Assembly: GCA_024626585.2 (NCBI GenBank)
Contig: JANKJI020000002.1
Location: 7,662,443 to 7,681,459 of the forward strand
DNA: 19,017 nt
Source of the DNA: Ginkgo biloba
Taxonomy: Eukaryota; Plantae; Ginkgophyta
Reading direction: 5' to 3'
Shown here: one piece after another, positions 1 through 11,695 of the stretch
Numbering within the stretch: position 1 is the first letter of the stretch
Layout of the letters: every line of letters begins with the position of its first letter
Translations under genes and position numbers: made by a program
Notes under the pieces: generated by a model
What the model was told of the DNA's origin: nothing
Databases searched by the model: none
What the model saw: only the letters and a program-made list of their open reading frames with translations

Positions 1-19
1 CCCCTTTAATGGGAAATCC

Positions 20-790
20 TTTTAATCTTCTTAGTTGTGACTTGGGTCACAACAGTGTATATCTTAATGCATTCATAGCATGGTTTAACACTCTTTCTTG
101 TGTCACCAATTGTCCCTTCGCCTACATATTTGTACCTTATTTTATGATGATGCTCGAATTAGACATTTTATGCCTTCTTTGGGTGGTATATATCATCTTC
201 TAAATGCATGTTGACCTTCTTCAACTTGCCTAAATTAATACATTGTATTGTCTAGCATATTTGCATTCTGACCTCTATTCTTGATTTTTTCCTTAGATTG
301 GCACTATAAAATTTTAGGAGATCATCTTTAGACATATCTGCCTTAGTCTACATAATGTTAAACCTTTCAGTATATTTAGCCACAAACTATTCTCTTTGGT
401 AAAAGTTGGCAAGTTAGATGTTATATGAATCACCCCAATTCATGTCTACTCTGTTGTAGTGGTCATTGATGAATTGTTTAAAGACAATTGTGACTCGTGT
501 TTTGTTTCATCCATTTGGATCCCTATGTTTGTGTGGGTCCCTCCATATATTATACTATGAGGTATACTCCTATCTCACAACATATTCTGACATGGTTGAA
601 AGTGCATTCTTATTTATGCACCCATTCATGTGATTCTATTGTGCGAGTCCCTCCATATATTGTATTATGAGGTATACTCCTATCTCACAAAATATTATGA
701 TATGGTTGAAAGCGCATTCTTATTTATACGCCCATTCATGTGATTCTATTGGTCCTTCAAAACTAAAGTTTAAAATATTAGGCTATATAT
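20..790 (-). mobile_element. Degenerate Ty3/gypsy gag remnant (Retrotrans_gag-like)
   Basis: Minus translation with stops and frameshifts: FEGPIESHEWAYK*ECAFNH...QYMEGLAQ*, YMEGPTQT*GSKWMKQN and FVAKYTERFNIM*TKADMSKDDLLKFYSANLRKKSRIEVRMQIC*TIQCINLGK, resembling gypsy Gag (..SVAEY.ERF....GL..EIR.EVRM..P.T). Possible decayed zinc knuckle CCDPSHN near 30-55. Confidence 0.7.
531..750. repeat. Tandem duplication, 2 x 110 bp (531-640, 641-750)
   Basis: Ungapped alignment, 10 mismatches in 110 bp (8 transitions). Confidence 0.97.
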
Positions 791-1636
791 ATTGTAGGTA
801 ACCCTTAGTTCTTAATTGTCTCCACCAATTTTTTTTTTTTTTCAATTACCTTCCTTTTGAATATGAATTTTATTTAGTTACTTTTGATGAATTATTGTTG
901 GATCAAAATGTTATTCGTGGTTCCATTCATTGTCTTCAATTTGTGTGTCAACGCTTTTGAATTTGTTATGGATATCAAACTATATTTTGTTCATTGGTTT
1001 TCACATCTCCTTAGCCTATTTTAGCATTATTGTATTTTTCTCCATATTGTTCTTAACTTGCTGCTAAGTCAATACCAACATGTTATAAGGTGTTCTTGAA
1101 TAGTTGCTTGCTATAATACCACTTGTAACAACCCAAATGAGTTCTATTACTAAAAACTCACGCAAAATGATATAAAATATAGAGATATAGGACCATACAT
1201 GAGCTTCATACATAATATAATAAAAATCCACACCNNNNNNNNNNNNNNNNNNNNNNNNNNNNNNNNNNNNNNNNNNNNNNNNNNNNNNNNNNNNNNNNNN
1301 NNNNNNNNNNNNNNNNNNNNNNNNNNNNNNNNNNNNNNNNNNNNNNNNNNNNNNNNNNNNNNNNNNNNNNNNNNNNNNNNNNNNNNNNNNNNNNNNNNNN
1401 NNNNNNNNNNNNNNNNNNNNNNNNNNNNNNNNNNNNNNNNNNNNNNNNNNNNNNNNNNNNNNNNNNNNNNNNNNNNNNNNNNNNNNNNNNNNNNNNNNNN
1501 NNNNNNNNNNNNNNNNNNNNNNNNNNNNNNNNNNNNNNNNNNNNNNNNNNNNNNNNNNNNNTTGCTTGCATAAGATTCCACATTTATAAATCCTTTACTT
1601 AGGATTTATAAGTCTTCCTTTATAATCATTATAGAA

Positions 1637-1664
1637 TGTGTGTGTGTGAGAGAGAGAGAGAGAG
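1637..1664 (+). repeat. Compound microsatellite (TG)6(AG)8
   Basis: Read directly. Confidence 0.95.
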
Positions 1665-2768
1665 TGTTGGGCACCCACTATCCACAAAGAGAATGAGGAG
1701 GAAGAACATGTTTCCAAAAGGGTTTCCTTTTTTTAAAAAGGAAAGCAGAAAACAAAAAACACTAATGATGAGTGATGATGAAATGAAGAGAAGACTAGCC
1801 TAATTGCCTCTAGCTTCTACTATGTTTGTTGTGTAGGCCCCAAAATGCTCCTTGATATTAAGAACTACATTTCCCTTATGATGTCTCCTCTGACTAATTC
1901 CTTTAAGATCCCTTATGCTTTTAATTCATGGGCTTCTTGGATTTACTCCTCCTAGGATCTAGTTGTGTGTTAGCAACTCAATAATTTCTACCATATCCAT
2001 AATTCCATATATTCATAATAGTTTATATTCCTAATGATGTTGGCCATCCCGAATATGTAAAAACTTTTCCTATTCACTTTCATAAAGGTTAAGATCATCT
2101 TCAAGCACTTTGTGTGTCCAAGAGTTCACCATCTTAATTCTTTATTATTGCTAGCAAAATTGCCAAGAATGAATAACTATTTATGCCTCTACAAAAATTG
2201 GAACAAACATTATTTCTTCTTCAAACTAATTGCCTCTGAGTCTGAATTGCAAATGAAAGGTCTAAACACTCACTTATGTAGCCTCTTATGGACAAATTAA
2301 GAGCAATAGAGTTCAAATTTAGACACCCTATCCTTATGCACAAATCCATACCTCATATGGTGTTTTAATGCTAATTAAATCAAGTTGGATCATTCACTTA
2401 CATCCAATCCCATATTGACACAAAGGCACTTGACACAAGAAATTCAAGCACCAAGATTTTTACCATGCTAACTATTATAGCAAAATAGACTAGGTGACAC
2501 ATATCATACCACTTATTAAGTGATGCGATCAATTTTTGTAAGATCTACCCCTTTCAATCAAAGCAAAATAACTTNNNNNNNNNNNNNNNNNNNNNNCTTT
2601 CTATTTCAATTGGAATTATAGATGGAATACTAAGAATAACTATTTTCATTTTCATCATAATCAATACCTTCCCACTTATTAGGATATTAATTAGATGGGT
2701 ACTTGATTCTTATGAATTCACTGACCCATAATTTAGTGCCATGTATCCTACCATCCTTGGTCCCTGAT

Positions 2769-3290
2769 AAGCCTTACATGCCTAACTAAGGAAATTAAAT
2801 TCCTACACATTGATTGGACTATTGCCTTTCCACAACCACAAAGATTATTTAGCCCCTAGTAACCCTTACAAACCCAACCAAAGAAGAGAAATCCCCAAAC
2901 ATAGATTGGTCAATTGTCTTATCATTGCCTTAAAGATTCCTTATTTTGTGATGAGCCTTACAAGCCCAACTAGGGAAGGGAAATCCCTACACATTTATTG
3001 ATCAATTGTCTTATCACTCTTGCATGGATTCCCTAGTCCCTATTGAGCCATACAAGTCTAAGAAAGGAAGAGAAATGCTTGCATACAATTCTCTTGCCAC
3101 TTTTGCAAAGATTCCTAGTGAGTCTTACAAGTCTAATTAGGGAAGGAAACTACCTCCATAGCAAGTGGTCAATTTTCTTTTCATTCTCATAAAGATTCCC
3201 TTAGCATTGGCGAGCCTTATGACCCTAACCACTGAAGGGAAATCCATCCATGGCAATTGCTTAGTGCTTCGATAACTACCTTCCCTTATT
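2769..3290. repeat. Degenerate ~92-bp tandem repeat, about 6 units
   Basis: GAGCCTTACAAG-like unit starts at 2769, 2861, 2953, 3045, 3120 and 3212 (spacings 92, 92, 92, 75, 92). Units share AGGGAAGGGAAATCC, GTCAATTGTCTT and AAAGATTCC motifs. Confidence 0.85.
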
Positions 3291-4375
3291 NNNNNNNNNN
3301 TACCCTAAGTTAGGGTTTCAGCCTACTTGTAGTTACTTATTTATATTAATTATTGGTAATGTGATTAATAGTTTAGTGTGTATCCTTTTATGATGGCAAT
3401 GACTAATCTTACCACTCTTCACCATTTATAGTAGTGCATTTATTGTTGTGAGTCAAACTTTTGGCTTAACATCTGCCAACCTAAAGGGGTAGCTCAAGCA
3501 GATCTAGAACCCAAAAGTACTTGGCCATTTTATTAAAATTATAGGTCTATTTCTAGATCTTAGCTTACTCTTGGCTAGTTAACTACAACCATGTCATTGT
3601 TTCATCCCTTACTCTATCGTTTAACTTTGGTTATAACTATTGAAGCAAAATTATCTCTTTAAAAATCATCATATGGGGGAAATATTTTAACTACCCTCTT
3701 CTACTTCACATGTCATCAAGGGGCAAGGAAGCCATGTTTCATTTCTCTTATCCCTATGTGGAATTTTGTTCTCTATATTCTATATGAGAGATATGCGTCT
3801 ATTGCTATTATTGAACCTAGATGGAAATGACAAGAGTTCTTATATTGCATCCCCCTTCTTACCTTTTCTTAATATAAGATATTTTGTAAATTCCTCAGAT
3901 ACTTTTATAATTTTCCTTTATTAGTATGTAAACAGATTCATTTTGAGCTAAATTTTTGTGATCATATGAGGATATTTATCATTAATCTCTAACTAAAATT
4001 TTAGCTTATTTTGATTTTGTATGACTATGTTATGATGAAAATACAGTTGGTAGTTTTGTCCATTTACTCATTATTTTATTTTTCTGTAGGTCATTCGTCG
4101 AGTGCCTTTAGTTATTTCGTAGAGTGCATTTATATTGTTTGTCAAGAGCCTTTATCTCATTTGTATATTAATCGGTCATATTTATCNNNNNNNNNNNNNN
4201 NNNNNNNNNNNNNNNNNNNNNNNNNNNNNNNNNNNNNNNNNNNNNNNNNNNNNNNNNNNNNNNNNNNNNNNNNNNNNNNNNNNNNNTATTGAATTTTATC
4301 ACATTTAAATGTATAAATTTACTTTTATTTATGTACACTTATCTTTATGTACATCCTAAGGCAGGCATTACCTTC

Positions 4376-7200
4376 TCAAGTAACATAACGCTTCACCAAC
4401 TCTTTATTAAATGCGTGAAGCAGCTATTATCCATCAAGGGTAACCAATCTATATGAACTATTCTTGATATCTCCACATATGTAATATGACCCTAACACAA
4501 GAGAATCAAACTTTTTAAGATGATTCTCATTGACGTTGTCCCGTAGCCATACCAAGTCCACTTTACTAAAATATTAATTACTAGTTTTCTTCTCAAATCA
4601 CTTCTTCATACAGACTCATCAAGCTTCTATATACTATAAGGTTGTAAGTTTATTTTCATACATTTTATAATCTAGTAAATTCATCCACAATGTCTCTATC
4701 TCAAAGTTTATTGATAACAATACCTTCTAGGTATACCTAAGAAAATGGTGGTGCACTAATAAGGACTTTAAAGGGGTTTGGTAAGCCTATAATGCATAAT
4801 TTAGTTTCAAGTTCTAGCCATTATTATTTTGGGCTATTATCTAGCAAAGAATTTTTTAGAGTACCTTGTTCATTCTTTATGCTAGTACCACTAGCCCATT
4901 ACCTGGAGGAAAAAAAAACTATGCTTGATCTCAAGTTGGATAGTAAGGTCATGCATAACCTCATTCCAAAAATGTATATCATGATTTGATACTAATTTTA
5001 TTGCCAACCCAAAGTAGAACACCATATATGATACATGAATTTAACTATAGTCTCTAAGTTAGCTCACTAGACTAGTATGCCTTTTACCCATTTGGTAACA
5101 TAATCATTAGTTATTATAATATGATTATGATTGATAGTGGAAGGGACCATCAAATCCAAACCCCACTTAGAGAAATTTCAAACTTACATCAATGACCTTA
5201 GTGGCATGCTAGGTAATATGACCCTCCTAGCAATTTGTCAATAGTTCTTTACCCGTCTTGACAAACTAATAAGTATCTTTAAACATAGAAGACCAATAAA
5301 ACCTAGCTCTAACAAAATTTTTGGTTATTTTAGTCCCCTAAGAAGTGACCTCCATAGAGGCCTTAGTGGTAGTGTTCCAGTATTTCGTAAGCGTTAGCTT
5401 GATCAACACACCTAAGTAATATTCCATCAACATGACACTAATAATCCATTTCCTACCTAAGCATACTTTACGCTTTGAATGTTGACCTTACACCTCCCTT
5501 CTCAGCTTATTTATTCCAAGAAATACCTATGTGAGCAAGCAATGTNNNNNNNNNNNNNNNNNNNNNNNNNNNNNNNNNNNNNNNNNNNNNNNNNNNNNNN
5601 NNNNNNNNNNNNNNNNNNNNNNNNNNNNNNNNNNNNNNNNNNNNNNNNNNNNNNNNNNNNNNNNNNNNNNNNNNNNNNNNNNNNNNNNNNNNNNNNNNNN
5701 NNNNNNNNNNNNNNNNNNNNNNNNNNNNNNNNNNNNNNNNNNNNNNNNNNNNNNNNNNNNNNNNNNNNNNNNNNNNNNNNNNNNNNNNNNNNNNNNNNNN
5801 NNNNNNNNNNNNNNNNNNNNNNNNNNNNNNNNNNNNNNNNNNNNNNNNNNNNNNNNNNNNNNNNNNNNNNNNNNNNNNNNNNNNNNNNNNNNNNNNNNNN
5901 NNNNNNNNNNNNNNNNNNNNNNNNNNNNNNNNNNNNNNNNNNNNNNNNNNNNNNNNNNNNNNNNNNNNNNNNNNNNNNNNNNNNNNNNNNNNNNNNNNNN
6001 NNNNNNNNNNNNNNNNNNNNNNNNNNNNNNNNNNNNNNNNNNNNNNNNNNGATTTAATCGATATTGCCTTAAGTATGTCCATTACTTCTTGATACTATTC
6101 AATTCACTAAAAGGATGCATTCATTTTTTATAACATAGTCATTGGCAAAGAGATGATGGAGTAATATAGGATCAGGGGTTAATAATAACCATCTTTTTCC
6201 AATAGGGATATTATCATAATGGCATCCTTAAGATCTAACCACAAGACTATATTCTTGATAGCGTTTAGGTTTTGGGCCATACAGTCTAGTTAGATAATCC
6301 AACTCAAGAGTTTTTCTTTTATCGTGTAAAATATCCATGTAGAGGGTTGTTAACATATTGAAAATGCCCAAAACTACTCAAAACACTATTGAAGATCCAC
6401 TAGATACTTTGTTTTATCTCTGGAATTGATAAAATTGTCATATAGTTACACACTTATGGTCTTTTTAATCAACTTGTAAATGCCTTNNNNNNNNNNNNNN
6501 NNNNNNNNNNNNNNNNNNNNTCAAGGTTTTTAAGGCATTAATTAACCGAAAAGGCATCACCTAATATGTGAAGGTACATCATGGAGATGTAAAGGTAGTC
6601 TTTAGGCATTCATCTCAATTAATCTAGATTTGATTATACTCTAAATACCCACCCATAAATGAGTAGACATGTTTGCCTGATACTTGATCTATCATTTTGT
6701 TGATGAATGATAACAGAAAATTATATTTAAGAGTAGTTGTATTCAAATCCTTGTAGTATATGCACACTCAAATTTTCTCATTCTTTATATTTATTGGTAC
6801 TATGGTTGAAACCCATTCACAATGCTCCACCTTGAATATCAAATTAGCTTCTAATAGTTTATGACTTTATTTCTTCACCATAAGTGTTAGCTTTGATATC
6901 AACCTCCTCTACTTTTATCTAACTTGTTTTGCGTACTTTTTCAATTTAATGCACAAAAATTCTATCTCTACAGACACTAAGCTTCAACTCCATATAATGC
7001 CAAGCAAACATAACCTTCAACTCCCATCATAGAGCCTTATCTTTTTTTCTCTCTCCCCTAGCAAGCATCTAGGACCAAATTTCAAAATCTTTTACATACC
7101 AATGTCCTTATTTCCACATCATGTACTAATTCCTCCTTATGATGAGAGAATTCTATCTAGTCATCTTCATAATTTAAACCAACACTTGTGATCTCCAAAG
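4376..7200 (-). mobile_element. Degenerate Ty3/gypsy pol (non-chromovirus, Athila/Tat-like): RT, RNaseH (partly N), integrase
   Basis: RT: KLLEANLIFKVEHCEWVSTIVPINIKNEKI*VCIYYKDLN..IDQVSGKHVYSFMGGYLEYNQI..KTTFTSP*CTFTY*VMPFRLINA (~7100-6520), with YxDD decayed. Integrase: DGILLRCVD..H*GLYGGHF..RFYWSSMFKD..KWGLD..DYVTKWVK..RMNKVL (~5450-4750). C-terminus: VDLVWLRD..KKFDSLVLGSY..SYRLVTLDG..VKRYVT*, ending at 4376. The RT-RH-INT order is gypsy. Many stops and frameshifts. Confidence 0.92.
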
Positions 7201-8099
7201 AAGGGAAAAAATCCATAAGGACATAGTCTGAAAAAACTACCAAAATTTTAAACTGTTCAGTGGATTTTGAAGTTATTTGAATTGATGAAAACAAAGGCGA
7301 GTAATGGGAAGCTTTTATTTTGGACTCATTATCTAATTTGTAACGAATTAACGGTAATTCACCATTGATTACATGGTAACTATTTGGATTAAATAGAAAA
7401 TGACAGTTTTGACCTAGTCTTGGTATTTTAGACAAAACCTATCACCCATATCATCATATTTTACAAAATTTGTAGATACAAAAAGTTTAAGAGATTNNNN
7501 NNNNNNNNNNNNNNNNNNNNNNNNNNNNNNNNNNCCAAAAATGCAATGAACAACAATCGGGGAACGCATAAAGTGGACAATAGTTACAAACTTTATTCTT
7601 GCTTTGGCCTCTTGGCTTTCCAACTCCTGAACCTGTAAACAAAGGCATACAAATTTGTCACATCCTATATATACTTTGTTTTGATGTATAGAGGGATTCT
7701 TTGGCCTCTATTTTCATTCTATTGCATAGAATTTTTATTCGAAGGCATAATTGGTTTTCATAGAGGAACAACACTTTGATCTATTGCAAGAAGTTTTCAC
7801 TTCTCACAAATTTGCAAATTAAAATTCAATATCATCTAGTAATTTTTATGTATGGAAGTTTTATATGTAAGGATTACTTGTGCATGTTTTTCCATGTTCA
7901 TTTTTTTATATGTTATTGTATGTGCAAAGTTTTAATTACAACAAATTAAGTGGAGCCTCCTTAGTCTAAGGGCATCTACAAGTAGTTTTTTTAACCTAAT
8001 TTGTTATCTCCTATCCAACATATAAGATCACCTAATGCAGAGGTGCTTGGGAGGGAGACAGTTGTGAAGGGTAAGACCAAGAGGGAATATCATCCAAGG

Positions 8100-8677
8100 G
8101 CGCCTCCTGATCTATTTTCGGATCCTAGTAATCAAGATTTCTGTCAAGTTTTAATAAAGATTTGAATTGCGGTTGAAATTCAGAGAAAAATAATTAGTTT
8201 TGAGATGATAGTCTTCAAGGACAAAGTTGTAGAGTTTTTTAAAAAAATTACACAGAAGTTGATAGCATATGAAATAGAGTTGGGTTTTAAGAGTTTCAAC
8301 TTGATCCAGGTCCAAGATAGTGTTTTTGCCATTTTGGATAAAAAATCAACTTGAGGTCAAATTGCAGAAAAATCTGAGCAGAATTTACCAAAAGGTCCAT
8401 AGGAAAAAAGTTGCAGAATTCCCTACAGGCTTTAAAACGAGCCCAAGAACTTGAGAAATGGATTTGTGGATCAAAAGTTATGCTGCAACCAAGGAGTGTT
8501 AAAAAAATTGCTGAAATTGCCTGTTTTTCTATAACCATTTTTTTTTTATGCAACTTTCAAACGGGATATCTATAGCTTCTAAAACCATCGCCATTCAACC
8601 CGAATGGGGGTAATACATAACTTTTAAAGTTTAAAACTTAAAGTCTTTAAAGTTTCAAAATTTAAAAGTTATGTCAA
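8100..8677. mobile_element. LTR-like non-coding repeat fragment
   Basis: Recurrent AAAGTTGTAG/AAAGTTGCAG, GATCAAAAGTTATG and CAACTTT motifs of the kind common in plant LTRs. No coding signal and no defined termini. Confidence 0.35.
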
Positions 8678-8777
8678 NNNNNNNNNNNNNNNNNNNNNNN
8701 NNNNNNNNNNNNNNNNNNNNNNNNNNNNNNNNNNNNNNNNNNNNNNNNNNNNNNNNNNNNNNNNNNNNNNNNNNNNN

Positions 8778-9075
8778 TAATGTTACCAACATTGCCCCCA
8801 TGATGGGCTTCTTTACGTTAACTCTTCTCATATTTGTTGTTAACCCACTACCATTCAACTTAATCAAACCCAAACTACATAGAATTATAGTGTTATCCAC
8901 ACTCAACCATGGCCATCCTAACAATAAGAAAAATCAGTTCACTCATTGTAAGTCCACTATGATAAATTGAACCTTGGCCAACACTACACCCACTTTGATC
9001 GTTGCTTGCTTAATCACACCCTTAGGAGAAACTTGCCTATCATCAAATGTTGTTAGAATGGTTTGAAAGGGATCT
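8778..9075 (-). mobile_element. Aspartic protease C-terminal remnant of an Athila/Tat-like gypsy element
   Basis: PFQTILTTFDDRQVSPKGVIKQATIKVGVVLAKVQFIIVDLQ*VN*FFLLLGWPWLSVDNTIILCSLGLIKL resembles ..FD.R.V.P.G.....VKVG....VDF.V.D....LLLGRPWL. Confidence 0.75.
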
Positions 9076-9119
9076 ATTATTACTACGATACCTTCTTGTT
9101 TTGAAAACCTAGGAGAATA

Positions 9120-9900
9120 AGCGCCACCTATGAATAACTACTAATGAATTTTTCAAAGCTTTTATCATGCCCATCAAAGTTTTGAGCTTAATCAAACTCT
9201 TTGGCATTAGCCAACCACCAACATTATTTTCTTTTGATTCATATGCAACCCATCTACACCCATAATGAAGTCAAAATAAGTAATGGATTTCGTTCCAAAA
9301 GAGAATTTCTTTATGCTCAATTGATTATTAATGTTGCAAGGTGGTCAACATTATTTTGACATGTTGCAAGTGTTTCTTCCATATTTTGTTGAAAATAAAA
9401 ATATCATCTAAATATGCAATGATAAATGTATCTAGGTAGAATCTTTGCACCTCTTTCACAACCCACATAAATAAGATGGTACATTTGTAATCCTAAAGGG
9501 AATTTTAAGCCATTCGTATACACCTTGTCTTGTCTTGAAGAAAGTCTTTCATGCATCTTCTTCTTTGATCTACACTTGATGATAACCTAATCTTAGTGAA
9601 ATATTTTTTTTCCAATAACTATTCCAACAATTACTCTATTTTAGATAGTAGATATCCATTCTTGATGTTGATCTTATTCAATGCACATATACCAACTCAC
9701 ATCTTTCTTTGGTACCAATATTATAAGTGAACCATATGGAGTACAAGTAGGAATTTTGTAACCTTTATCTAGAAACTTGTAACTCTTTCTTGATTTCTTC
9801 ATTATTTAGCATAGAACTGGTAAGTTTAGCAAGATTTCATCTTGTTTTAAATTGATTGGATGCTAAATTACTGTAATAGGGGGTAAGCATGTTTTCTGTT
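9120..9900 (-). mobile_element. Degenerate reverse transcriptase of a chromovirus-type Ty3/gypsy element
   Basis: LPPITVI*HPINLKQD..NEEIKKELQ..LDKG..TPYGSLIILVPKKDVSWYMC..ALNKINIKNGY..LRLGYHQV*IKEEDA*KTFFKTRQGVYEWLKIPF..FIIAYLDDIFIFNKIWKKHLQHV. YLDD at 9414-9403. Confidence 0.92.
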
Positions 9901-10844
9901 NNNNNNNNNNNNNNNNNNNNNNNNNNNNNNNNNNNNNNNNNNNNNNNNNNNNNNNNNNNNNNNNNNNNNNNNNNNNNNNNNNNNNNNNNNNNNNNNNNNN
10001 GACACATGTTGGGAGTTACTAGACAAGTGCCATGTCCAAGAACGATTGTTACAAAATGTAAAATGTATTTATGCATGTTGAGGCTATGTACATATCAATG
10101 CAGATTTAATGAAACTGAAAGTAGACCAATTCTACCAAATTTCTGGTGTTATGTGTTCACTTGTGTTGGATACTAGACTAATTCTGGTATTATGTTTCTA
10201 CAGTAAGTTACACACTAGTATTTGCTCTCCCATTTATTGATTCATATTTTAGAGTGATTTTACATTAGGCACATCAGTGATCTATCCTTTTGAGTTGTGT
10301 ATATCGTAGCAACTCCAGTCCAAACCAACATAGTGCACCAAAATATAACAATAAGCTAGTGACCTTGTTGTGAAGGGAATCATAGACATGTCGTTGTTAT
10401 TTATTTTACTCTATGACCTATTTTGCTCAAAAAAATAATTATCTATCTTGCACTGTACTTCAAAGAAGGTTTTCTTACTTAGTTTTTAGCATTTATGAAA
10501 AAGTATGGTGCTTCCCATAATCGTCATCATTTAACACTCTGCCAATTCACGAAATTACTAGTGGTTTGTCTGCATTTCATAGCCTACTTTTATTTTCTAT
10601 ATAAATTCCACCCAAACATCACGTACGTTTCACTTTATGACCCACAACCTTACACCCACTTATTTACTTAGTTTTATGAAGATCAAGGTGTCTACAAGGC
10701 ATTCCTCCATCAAACCTAGATCCCCTTGAATCATCCAATCTTGTAGAGCACTATACACCTAATCAATTTATCTAGCTAGGTTTTGGCTTTTGTCATTGCA
10801 ATTTCAAACATACAAGTCCTTTTAAAGATGAATCTTGAAAACAA

Positions 10845-11279
10845 CAACCTCCATATTTTCCTACATAAAAGGTTTCTTGCATGATAGTGATATTATGATG
10901 CATCTTTCTATCCTTCAAAAATGTTGATTTCTCCTTAGAGACCACTCAAGATAATATTGTTGAGACCACTCAAAAATAATCTTATATGACACATTGACCA
11001 AAGACATAAGTATCCATTCCATAAGACAATATGCAATCTTTCCTTTAAGTATAAGGGTGAAAATATAGAATTCAAAGCTAGGAGGATGAAGCATACCAAT
11101 GCCAAAAGTTAGGCAATATAGGATGTTTGAATTTCTTATACCATTCAATTTGTAACCCATTTAGTCCTAAAGTCTTATAATATGCCATTTAGTTGATGAC
11201 AATTCACGTCATAGAGAATTGCTCCTTTTGCATCCCAAGAATGATCTCTACCATTAAATTGCAATCTCTATGATTACCA
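10845..11279 (+). mobile_element. Possible highly decayed gypsy protease region
   Basis: Fragments PPYF/IKGFLHD..MHLSILQK..VLKSYNMPFS loosely resemble the Tat-type protease region. Several frameshifts are needed. Confidence 0.3.
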
Positions 11280-11380
11280 NNNNNNNNNNNNNNNNNNNNN
11301 NNNNNNNNNNNNNNNNNNNNNNNNNNNNNNNNNNNNNNNNNNNNNNNNNNNNNNNNNNNNNNNNNNNNNNNNNNNNNNNC

Positions 11381-11695
11381 CATTAGTTTCATTACAAAAT
11401 GGTGCAAAATTTTTCCTATGCATTAATAAGATGCTAGAACTATAATGCAATTTTGGATATAAGATGTTTATTAGATACTTTGGTTTTCCACACCAATTAA
11501 CCAATGATAAGGGAGGAGGATTTATCAATGATTTAGTAAAGGAATTGACATAAGAATTTATGATCACTCATTATAGATTAACACCCTATTATATGTGGTG
11601 TAATGGACAAGAAGAGAGATTAAATAAAATGGACACTACCCTTTCAAAGATTTGCGATGTCAGTCGCATAGATTAAGCCAAAAATATTCAATCTA
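11381..11695 (+). mobile_element. Degenerate gypsy integrase core (rve), Athila/Tat-like
   Basis: ISFITKWCK..DARTIMQF..IRYFGFPHQLTNDKGGGFINDLVKELT*EFMITHYRLTPYYMWCNGQEERLNKM..LSKICDVSRID* matches DY.TKW.E..RFG.P..L.SD.G..F.N.....TPY.PQ.NGQ.ER.NK. Confidence 0.9.

Noticed and set aside
2769-3290. CRISPR-like periodicity of the tandem repeats (also 531-750)
   Set aside because: Whole units are similar with no unique spacers; no cas genes; eukaryotic context.
3652-3700. ATGGGGGA as a polypurine tract before a 3' LTR
   Set aside because: No TG LTR start follows, and the orientation conflicts with the adjacent minus-strand pol.
1150-6133. Long ORFs at 1150-1583 and 5479-6133 (and other X-rich ORFs)
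   Set aside because: Artefacts of translating through N runs.
10007-10330. TGTTGG...CCAACA ends with a weak sub-terminal inverted match (small solo LTR or MITE)
   Set aside because: No TSD and only about 10 bp of symmetry.
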